Of a DNA stretch of 34,414 nt, positions 10,652 through 20,498 are shown piece after piece (positions within the stretch are counted from its first letter, which is position 1; each line of letters begins with the position of its first letter). Made by a program: the position numbers and the translations under genes. A model generated the notes under the pieces. That model was not told the DNA's origin. It ran no database searches and worked only from the letters and a program-made list of their open reading frames with translations. Origin of the DNA: Octopus sinensis (Eukaryota); assembly GCF_006345805.1 (NCBI RefSeq), contig NW_021831711.1, forward strand, positions 1 to 34,414, written 5' to 3'.

Positions 10652-10992
10652 GGAAATTTTTTGCGGCTAAACTTTTCACTCACTTCTTCACAGTAAATTT
10701 ACGTCATTTAATGCAATCGTTAATGTGATATTCCCTTCAGTTTCATATTAAAGAAAAGCTTAGGCAGGGTTATGTATCTAATTGCATCACACACACAGAC
10801 ACACACACACACACACACGAACATCATACACATCAACCCTCCTCCTCTTCTTTCCGCTCTCTCTCTCTCTCTCTTCTATCACTCCCTCTCACCCTCTCTC
10901 GTTTTAAATCTTCCACTTCCACCGCCAATCATCATAAACTGCTGACTGAAAGATTTCAAATCGAAATTATATAATTAGAAATACAGATGCCA
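10652..10992. repeat. Block A copy 3
   Basis: Aligns with the other copies. Confidence 0.9.
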
Positions 10993-11043
10993 TATATATA
11001 TATACATAAGTAAATATATATATATATATAATATATAATATAT

Positions 11044-11130
<87 letters not shown>

Positions 11131-11132
<2 letters not shown>

Positions 11133-12214
11133 CTTAGATTGTGGAATGTTCGTATCAGCTAACACGGTCTACGGCATCATAATACTGTCCACGAAGCGTT
11201 GATATGAGCAAAGCTTATCTAAGAGAAGTCTGTGGGCCTGCAAATCGGAAGATGGAGAGGCAGACCCATACCAACCGACAGTTTGTAGGGCGCTAAACGG
11301 AAAGACAGGTTAAACTCTTTGGGGTCTGGTTTGCTCTAGACCTCGAGGTGGACAACAACGGGTGGGAGGTGACGAACAGGATAGTCGATCTCACCTAGAA
11401 GTTGGCAGAGAGGAAGCTGTTCGTGAAGGGTCGAGTCGAGGTGGCGAATGCGTACATCGCTTCCGTCATCTATGACTGCCTGAATGTAGTCCCATGCCTG
11501 ATAAAGTTGGAGCGTTTCTTATTCCGCTTTCTAAAGAAGGAACGTGTTCCGCTCATCAGACGGTCCATCTGCTGTCAACAACCTCTCAGTGGAGTACTGG
11601 ACATGCCGTTGCTAATGATTCGCAGACATGCGCTGAGACTTCTACATCTCCTGCGTGTCTTTAACGGTGAGCATGGGGGATTGACTGTTTGTCAAGCGGG
11701 TCTTTCCGCAGCTCGTCTCATTGATAAATTTACAGTACTGAGTCAAGCGTTGGCCAAGAAAGGGCGCTTGGCACCTGGAGCGTCGGCAAGCTCTCACAGC
11801 TTTCTGCCAGTCGGGCAACGCGGGCGTTGAAAGTTCCACCATGGATTTCTATAGGGGATTAGTAGAGGGGAAAGAACAACGACGAAATCGGGGTAAATTC
11901 TTGGCGTTGGTGGGGGAAATCAACTAACTGGTCTTCAACTTCCAGAAATCCCTGGCCTGGCAGTGCTACCGGAGAGCTCTGCCGATTCAAAACGAGCTCT
12001 ACAGATACGAAAGTGTTGTCGGAAGGATATGTTTGGGTTGTGCGAGGGCGATGTAATAGTCCTGCATGCACTCGTCTGCCCAGTTTATGAGCCGAGTTCA
12101 TTGTAAATATCGCCCCGGCACCTTCTTTAGGCCGGGAAGGAAAAGCAGTTTCTTCTGCCCGGTGGCTACAGAAGTAGTGTGGTGGACGAGACTGAAAACA
12201 TTGAAGACTAAACC
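11131..12214 (+). mobile_element. L1/Tx1-like ORF2 remnant (RT C-terminal half to zinc-knuckle region), decayed
   Basis: ERKLFVKGRVEVANAYIASVIY..RVPLIRRSICCQQPLSG..RRHALRL..; QKSLAWQCYRRALP; VVWWTRLK. Multiple stops and frameshifts. Confidence 0.85.
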
Positions 12215-12415
12215 TCCTTCACAGTAAAATTATGTCATTTATTATTATCATTTAATATTATCATTAATATTCACTTCAGTTTTATATTAAAGAAACACTT
12301 AGGCATGGTTATGTATCTCATTGCATCACACACAAACACACACACACACACACACTCTCTCACACACAGATACACACACACAAACAAACGCACACACACA
12401 CACACACACACACCA
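12215..12415. repeat. Partial, more diverged block A copy
   Basis: ttcacagtaaaattatgtcattt...ttaggcatggttatgtatctcattgcatcacacac aligns with 4415-4540. Confidence 0.8.
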
Positions 12416-12419
12416 GGAC

Positions 12420-13490
12420 ATATACAATTGAAGACCCTTCACACCACAAAATCCTCGCCTGTCATCCTTCATTCGTATAAAATATTGCTACTTTGATAAC
12501 GAAAATTCTTTTCCCATAACTTTAAAGCTGCTAAAACCTTTAATTCCTCTTCAGAATTGTTATAATTTCTCTATCATATACTTTATTTCACAAACGTAAT
12601 TTTCTGAAACGAACTATTGTTAAATGAATTTGTATCGTTTGCTTCCATGTCAATCATTATATATACCATTTAAATTATTATCGTTATTGATAACGTGATA
12701 TTCTGAAGTGACACTAACGTTAAATGAATCTATCGTCTGCTCACAGGAAATATTTGTCTGCTATTTCTAGCATTTCCAGCTTAAACTTCAGAGAGATTCT
12801 TCGTGAATAGAATGGTGGATGACAATGTGAACACTGGAGGGTCTAACAAAGAATTTAGAAATGTACTTCATTTTAATGTTGACTTTAGACGTTGTATTTG
12901 GGAAGAGATCGATGATCAACAGGTATCGAGCAAAAGTGAGATTGATTCTAAAACATGAAAAATCTGTCGTCTGATCGTATAACAATATTTTGATCATTTC
13001 CGGTTAATGTCGCTTTTAAACGATTTTTCTCAAATATTTTTTGTTTCTTCCTTTGCTTCTGACGTTATTTCTTTGATACGAAAGTTTCATGAGAGTATTA
13101 CTTCTTCTCTGCCCCTCCACTGTTCATAAGTGTTGGCTAGGTTTTCACTGTTTAGGGCTCTGCAATATGCTTTTTTTCTTTTACTTAATATCTTAACCGG
13201 ATGTTTTTCATTTGATTTCTCTTTTTGTATGTGTCCTTTTTCCAAGCTGAGTTCATTCAATTCATTCAGTACGTATTGTGTGGTTGAATTTAGGTTGTGG
13301 ATATCCGTTTCTGGAGTTCTGATTTGGTTCTCATTTTGTTGTTGGTATGTAAGAAGGGAATAAAGTGTTTCTATGTAGATTTGCGTCTTTTGTGCCATTT
13401 CATGGAAGGCATCAGCAAGGCATTCATGTTTTATCATGGTTGAAAGTTTTTGGTAAATTTCTTCTAATAATATTTCAGATTTCAGTGATT
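12420..13490 (-). pseudogene. Decayed coding sequence, possibly the N-terminal region of a Penelope-like element
   Basis: 139-aa ORF with coding-like composition. Reading past the stop gives VILS*NFRIKEITSEAKEET, resembling a PRKF..KEI..E..EET motif I recall from PLE-associated N-terminal regions; not verified. Confidence 0.4.
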
Positions 13491-13769
13491 CGGCACACAC
13501 ACACAAATCTGCATAAATGTATAATATATATATATATATATATATGGTGTGTGTGTGTGTGTGTGTGTATAGATATATACATATACATGAATATATACGT
13601 ATCTATAATTCTGATAACTGTGTGTGCGTGTTTATATATATATACATACATATACACACACACACACAGATATCACAATTTGTAAATTAGTACTTAGATT
13701 ATTTCAAGTTAATTTCAGTTCCGCGCATGCAAACAGTCTCATACAGTTACGCATATACACACATAAACA

Positions 13770-13936
13770 CACAAAACCCTCTTCCACTTCTTTCTCCCGC
13801 CCTCTCTCTCTCTCTCTCTTCTATCACTTTCTTTCCCCTCTCTCATTTACACTCTTCCAGTAGCACCGCCCATTTTTGACTGCTGACGCAAACGTTTCAT
13901 ATCGCATTCATATAATGAGAAATAAAGACGCCAATC

Positions 13937-13945
<9 letters not shown>
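13770..13945. repeat. Diverged homolog of the right half of block A
   Basis: ttctatcact..ctcttcca..caccgcc..actgctgac..gaaata.aga.gcca is collinear with 4560-4713. Confidence 0.75.
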
Positions 13946-14031
<86 letters not shown>

Positions 14032-14348
14032 TAATTGTGTGCGTTGTGTTCTGCTACTTCAATGAAAAAATGTATGGTAAATAAACAAATGACGCAATAT
14101 ATATATATGCGCACATATATATATATATAAACATTCACTAACTCTTACGAACAGAAGCGAATTCCCTTCTTTGGTAAGTTACGATTTTCATTATATTATA
14201 TCTGACATCTATTGGCCATCGTCTAGACTCCTCAACGGCATTTAGGATGGGATAAAAAGGTTCTCCACCGTTAAGAGCTTATAAGTTTTTGTCCCCAAAT
14301 TACCTAAAATGTTTTTTATGCTTTTATTTTTACTTCAGTAATTTTCAG

Positions 14349-14563
14349 TTAACCCATTAGCATTGGCACTGGTCACGTCGGGCCCAAATATTCTTCCTGT
14401 TTTCTGTTGAAACCGAACACATCAGCCCTTTCACAACCACCATGCAAAGTTATTCTAAAAGTAAGCAATCACATAATCAAAATCTCAAAGCTAGAAGATA
14501 ACGTATGATTAATTGTAAACGATGTGAATAAATAAGTAATTCATCTGAATGTTGATGGAGTAA
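14349..14563. mobile_element. Degenerate piggyBac-like MITE
   Basis: Starts TTAA-CCCattagcat and ends gaatgttgatggagtaa; resembles a TTAACCCTTTAGCAT-terminal MITE (recall). Confidence 0.5.
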
Positions 14564-15149
14564 CCCCTTCTAGCTTGTGCACTAATGAAACAGCAATTCC
14601 ATCTCAAATTACATGTGGGGTCCTTTTTAAGAACACATTTCAGGTACGAGGGAGTGGCGAAGAATGTTAGTAGTATAAAAAATCGGGTCGGTATTTTTCT
14701 TAGTATTTGACTTTTGTTAATTATTGTTTGAAGCCGAGAAGAGTCAAATGACAGTAGAGGCGGTTGAATTGCAAAAATTTGATGAAATTTGTGATGTGTG
14801 TTGGAGAGATTTAGGAGGCTGAGAGGAGGAGGAAAAATCGATTGATCATAATACTTGGAATAAATTTGGGATGCGTGTTATATATATTTATATTTCTGTG
14901 GCTATCTATATATATGCTGACTACTTTATGTTTTTAATACTGTGTATTAATGTAGGAGTTTATATGTTTATATATTGTGCGTATATGTGTGTGTGTTTGC
15001 ATGTATGTATGTAAGAGCTTGTATGTATATATTATGTATTTGTAAATGTGATGTATATATTATGTATTTGTAAATGCAAGTCTTGATATTTCAGATTTAT
15101 TGCATTTGCTTATATATATATATATATATATATATAAATGAATAAATAA

Positions 15150-15194
<45 letters not shown>

Positions 15195-15206
15195 ATATAT
15201 TATATA

Positions 15207-15271
<65 letters not shown>

Positions 15272-15309
15272 TACATATTTGCGTACATAGGCACACACAC
15301 ACACAGACA

Positions 15310-17095
15310 TATAAGCTATTTGGAATGTGTTCACTTGTCGATTGTCAGGTTGACTCTTGTTTTACATTAGAGATTAGATGGGCCTCGGGGCTTGCTATAT
15401 GATTATTTAGAATTAGTGAAGTGCATGAATGTCGGGCAATATCTAAGCTTACATGAATAAATAACGTCAGAGAATTTAACAGCGAGGAGTTGTGGAGGCG
15501 AAGAATAGTTAATGACCCGTTTATACATAACATACCTTTACCTATATTTGTGTTGTAGAGGGGAGCTTCACATACTATGGACCACGATAGAGAGTATTGA
15601 ATATTGTTTTGAATTGAGGTTGTATATGTGTGTTGCTAAAGATAGAAATAGTTTAGATTTGGGATTAGTGAAAGAATACATATGAGCACGACAACGGCAT
15701 TCAAAATCCTCAGTGCCACAAATATACACCTTTGCCTAGTGGGTGCTTGGGGTCATCACGTGGCACTTATAGCTTACGCTTTTCAGGAGACAGGTGCCTG
15801 CATACCGTATATTTCAGAGCCGGTCAGTTGCAAGTGGTTGGGGTTTACTATTAGTAATGTTGATGTTGGTTGGTTTGTTGTTAGTGGGGAGAATCTAAAT
15901 TAGGATTTATATTAGTATCGGATTGGGAGGTTGTAATGGAACTAATATTTTTCGTCTCGTAGATAGGGTTGTAGAATGAGGTGTTGTAGAAGACTGGTGT
16001 TGGAGTTTATGTTTATTCGAGGAGGTTATTATATAGTTATATATAGTTATATATAGTTATATAGATAACTATAGTTAGGTGCAGTAGCGTAGGAGATCTT
16101 CGCTGATGATTTATTAGAGATAGGATAAGATTTTTTATGCTGTGGACAAAAATTAGATTTTATACTTTTGAAAAATAATTTTGCAAGAGATTTAACTTGG
16201 AGCGAGGACGGTGATACAAACCATAGGAGTTCGCGTTTCCAAGCCTTTGATTGTTTGCAATGTGTGGATGAAGTTCGCTGATTCGAAAATGGAGGTTTGT
16301 AGTTGTTATAGGCTCGAGGTGGCCAATGATGCGAAGGAGTTTAGGTGAGTTTTTTTTTTTTTGAGTTGCTGGATTGGTATCGAGTTGAAGTAATGGCCTT
16401 TGAATCAGTGGAAGAGGTTTGCTATTTCAGTTTTAAGCTTCGTGTTATTGATATAATAGCTATTTCGAAAAATTCTATTCATTTTGAGGGCCTGATTATA
16501 ATGATAGACATGTATATAGGCTATAAGGGGATAAGTTTTGGATGATTAGAATGGACATTAAAGTATTGTAAAGATTGGTTGGGTTTATAGAAAGAACGGT
16601 ATAAGTTAGTGTTTAAGTAAAGATTAACGTCCAAAAAATTGGTATCAATTTCGAATGAAATACTTAGGATGAAGATTTTGAAGAGTTTGCGTAGGGCTGT
16701 CCTTGTGCCATATGAAGGTTCAGTTAATCCAGTTACTGCAAGAATTTGCATCATCCCTCTATTGTCTGCAGGTTATGTTAGGGAAGCATTGTTTAATCTG
16801 GCGTATGAGGAACAAGCCCACAAGGTCTGTGCGTGGGCGGAGTCCGATGAGTCCATTGTTATATCGAAGTAATCCATAGATTCGTTGGACGTTCAATAAT
16901 TACACTTAAATTGAATTAAAGTTTTCTTCATTGCCAGAGTGATATTCATATCCGATCTGCGGATGGTAGCATAATTTCGGGCAAATATTAAGTTTTTATC
17001 CAAAAGTATTTGTGATATTGACGGGTAATCATTTGACACTGTTTTATAATTTAGAGTTGAGGAATTATGTATGATATTTGAATTGGACGGGTAGA
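15310..17095 (-). mobile_element. Penelope-like element, decayed RT plus GIY-YIG
   Basis: Minus strand: DYPSISQ.LLDK..; FDITMDS.D.A; DNRG..LAVT; TNFLDVNL.LNTN.YR..YKPN..LQY..VHSNHP; RELLWF.SP.SLQVK; KISY..PN; then GIY-YIG as at 7735-8405. Confidence 0.85.
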
Positions 17096-17110
17096 TGTAT
17101 ACACTTTATT

Positions 17111-17165
17111 GTTAACAGGACATCTGAAGAAGGCTGGAGAATACCTCAGCCGAAATGTTGTAGTA
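17111..17165 (+). ncRNA. Degenerate minimal hammerhead-like motif (Penelope-type terminus)
   Basis: CTGAAGA 17124-17130, extra A, stem II GGCTG/CAGCC, GAAA 17152-17155. Stems I and III are weak. Confidence 0.4.
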
Positions 17166-17209
17166 ACAACTAACAAGATGAGCCTACCTGTCCGTCGATT
17201 GTAAATATT

Positions 17210-17415
17210 CTTTTCTACTCTAGTCACAAAGCCCGAAATTTTGGGGAAGGGCCCAGTTGATTAGATCGACCCCACTACGCAACGGATACTTAATGTTTCA
17301 AACCCGTAAGGATGAAAGGTAAAGTCGAAATCGGCGGAATTTTGAACTCAGAACGTAAAAACAGAACGCTAAGCATTTTGCCCTGCGTGAAACGTTTCTG
17401 CCAACTCGGCGCCTT
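17210..17415 (-). mobile_element. SINE family 2 (different tail variant)
   Basis: Minus head aaggcgccgagttggcagaaacg..gagttcaaaattccgcc. Flanked by attgtaaatatt at 17198-17209 and 17420-17431. Confidence 0.85.
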
Positions 17416-18349
17416 GTCCATTGTAAATATTGCAATAATTTGACATGTCAAACTGAAGGCAATTAGTGCGTTTATGGTGGAGAGAGGGAAACCAAAAATA
17501 ACGTCTCAAGTGCAATTCCATAGCAGGAGCTCAACGTTATTCCTGACACGGTGTATAATATGGTCAATAATGCATTAACTAATTCGACCTAAGTCGGATT
17601 TTCTGGTGCAAATGAGTCGGATGGAAAGCCTAGAATAGAAGTTATAACCTCCCTCTCATACCCTTATCTGATATCGAACCGCTTAAGTCCATCCTTTTTT
17701 CACTAATTTAACTTGGACATAAGCTAAACCACTTTCTACCACTCTCACCTTTAATACCATCAGTCGCCTTATGATCTTGAAATCTATTTTCTCCATCCTC
17801 CAACCATTCTCTGTCTAAACATCCCTAACACCCCTTCCTAATAAATGTAGCCCTCTATAAAATCAATCAGTCTTTAACCTCTATCATGTCAACATTTTAA
17901 ATGCAAAATCTTTGATATAAAATTCTTCCCCCGGAGAGGTGATGTTATCCAATAATGGACCCTGATATCTGTCATATATCAGGACCACAAAGATCCCTGA
18001 AACGGCCGTAGAACATTTAAAACTCTACCTATTCTATTTGTGATACTGTTTTTTCTGAAAATTGGACTATGTCTTCTTAATATCCACTCACATTTACCGA
18101 TTTAATGTATCTTCATATGTAAATGTAAATAAATATCTAGCTTGCTTGTCGCTGCCTTACATATCTAACGTCTCAAGTTCTAATCTCTTCGGCACTTCAA
18201 AGTGTTTCTATATACAGTGAACATCTGTATCTAAAGTAGAAAATAAAATATATATATGAATACGTATATATATATATAAACATCGTATCAAACGCAAGGA
18301 TACATGTGTTCGTCTGGTACGTTGATTTTTGTTTATTTTTATATGTCTT

Positions 18350-18424
18350 GACTAAGGTTGCGCTGATGAGTGAAAAGTGCATTTTGTGCACTAATTACGA
18401 AATCATATGATTTTCAGCTAAGTC
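18350..18424 (+). ncRNA. Type I hammerhead ribozyme-like motif
   Basis: CTGATGA 18363-18369; 12-bp stem II (10 pairs) closed by G-C; GAAA 18399-18402; palindromic stem III ATCATATGAT 18402-18411; H17=U. Stem I is imperfect. Confidence 0.55.
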
Positions 18425-18769
18425 TGTTTCTGGAGGTTCGCTTTGAGAGTTGCATTCCCTCGCGTTCGGTACAAGGTGGGCATTATAATAGTTTTGACTT
18501 CAAGAGACCCTCCTAGCGTGAGGCATTTATGTATAGTAATGCCCTTAATATAAATAAATATATTTATAGGGAATAATTAATAAATTTTCCCTTATGAGGT
18601 TTTTCACGCTAACTACTTGATAAATTCTCGTAAAGATTTTATCCTATATTTAAATTATATATTTTTATTGGTAGCCCCAAACTCACTTTGTTATATATAC
18701 GCACACACATATATATTATATATATATATGTATATATATATATATACATATATGTATATATCTATGTAT

Positions 18770-18860
18770 ATGTGTACGTGTTTCACTTTATCCACCATGA
18801 CCGCTTGGGAACAGGTTCTGGCTTGTTCACGCCCCAGTAATTTGGCCGATCGGAATCTTG
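18770..18860 (+). mobile_element. Degenerate 3' half of SINE family 1
   Basis: ccaccatgaccgcttgggaac..tggcttgttcacgccccagtaatttggccgatcgg is similar to 1515-1580. Confidence 0.5.
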
Positions 18861-19654
18861 TTAAATTCCTTACAACCACTTGAAACTTTTCAAATTTTTA
18901 CCACATCATTTTCAAAGCATTTACTTCTGATGCAGAATTGCCTGCCACTGACGACAATTGCATTTATGTCTTTCTTTTTTCTGGTAATTAATAATAAAGA
19001 AATCAAAAGTATAAAATTTTAGCCTAAAGACAAATGGAGAGTAAACCACGTAGAATATCACTTTCATTCTTCTGCTAGTAGCAGAATATTTCAGTCTTAG
19101 ATGACATTTAATAAATGGATGTTTCTTCTTGATAGTAGGGTCGTACTAATTTTTCGGAAAGATCAAGAAAATTAACATCCACATCATGTGATGTGTTACA
19201 AAAATGATTGTAGATGTCGGTTTCAGGACTAATGAATGTCCATTACTTGAACATTTGCGCTATCAGCCCTATCGTAAGCATTTGAGACAATGATATTCCA
19301 TTGTCTCACAGCCTACCGTATTAACCAAGGAAAGAACACAACACACATTGCAATATAAGTAAATCGACGGGATGATCATGACCGAAACGCCTCTGATCAT
19401 AGTCTTGTCACCAGTGAACAACAAGCATACTTCACGACCAACTGAAATATATTCTGTGAAACGAGGAAAATTCGTCGGGTTTGCATTTTAGTAACTAGAG
19501 AGATGAGGTCGTGTCTTTGAGCAGATTTCGCCATCCCAACAGTCGATAAAAATAATGGCGTTTGTTTTAGAAAAGCGTCAAGTAGATAAGAATATTCTCT
19601 GGGTGTTGTCAGGACATATGAAAAATAAAGTTTTGGTAATATAATAGAAGTCGT

Positions 19655-19790
19655 GGACACATGAAATCGTGATTAAGGGTGCTACTCTCGATAACAAGGT
19701 CGTGATTTCAAATACAGGAACGAGAGGAGTATTGTGCGCAAGACACTTCATCTCATGTTGCACAGCAACCATTTAAACACTTGACGTGTA
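19655..19790 (+). mobile_element. Degenerate tRNA-SINE (family 3)
   Basis: Decayed A/B-box spacing (gtgattaag..gatttcaaatac) and a caagacacttcatctc central motif. Confidence 0.4.
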
Positions 19791-20319
19791 GGAATGGTGA
19801 ATAGCTGGAAAATGGACTTATTTTCCGGATATTAAAGAATGTCAGCCAATCACACACAACAAGGGAAAATACTGCCACTCTCGTTTAAAAAAAATAAAGA
19901 ACTATTACAACAGGGTATTTCATTCTGTATACTTATCGGATAGCAGCTGCAACGTGAGACAAAAAACTTATATGAGACAATAGACTATTCAGATAAGTGG
20001 ATAAAACTTATTTCTTTTCTGCAAAATATTCAAACTGAAGTCATATTTTGATCCGGTGTTATAAAGGTAAATCAATTTTTGCTACTTTTTTTTAAAGATT
20101 TAACATTTATATATACACACACACACGTATGTATGATATATTTTTCCCTCTCCCTCTATCTTTCTATAACTATGCAATTTACTACAATAACGTTGTTCCA
20201 GACGATCATTTATGGGTGAGCATTTGGTTCCAAGCAACCATAACGTCAGAACTATTATTTAAATATTTGTTTGTCCTGTCCATCCTATATATAGACTTAT
20301 ACATAAACACACATGCATA

Positions 20320-20465
20320 GGCGTGGCTGCGTGGTAAGAAACTTACTTCGGAAGCAGATAGATCCAGGTTCAATTTCCACTGCATGTCATTTGGGAAATT
20401 GCCTCCTACTATAGTCTCGGGACGACCAAATCCTTGTGAGTGGATTTGGTAGACGGAAACCGAAA
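20320..20465 (+). mobile_element. SINE family 1, 5' half, diverged
   Basis: Aligns with 1286-1435 (ccttgtgagtggatttggtagacggaaac). Confidence 0.8.
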
Positions 20466-20498
20466 TTTTATGGGTTCTGTTGTTTTTAGGTAATCCTG

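Noticed and set aside
13720-13890. Promoter-like motifs (gcgcatgc, GGGCGG, tgacgca); at first read as a YY1 site
   Set aside because: The YY1 match fails (extra G). Short motifs inside a repeated module are not evidence of a functional promoter.
3466-15300. Many poly-Ile, poly-Tyr, poly-Asn and IYIYIY ORFs
   Set aside because: Translations of (ATT)n, (AAT)n and (TA)n microsatellites.
17955-18015. GAAA followed by the palindrome ACGGCCGT then A, resembling hammerhead stem III
   Set aside because: No CUGANGA at a spacing compatible with a stem II, and no stem I.
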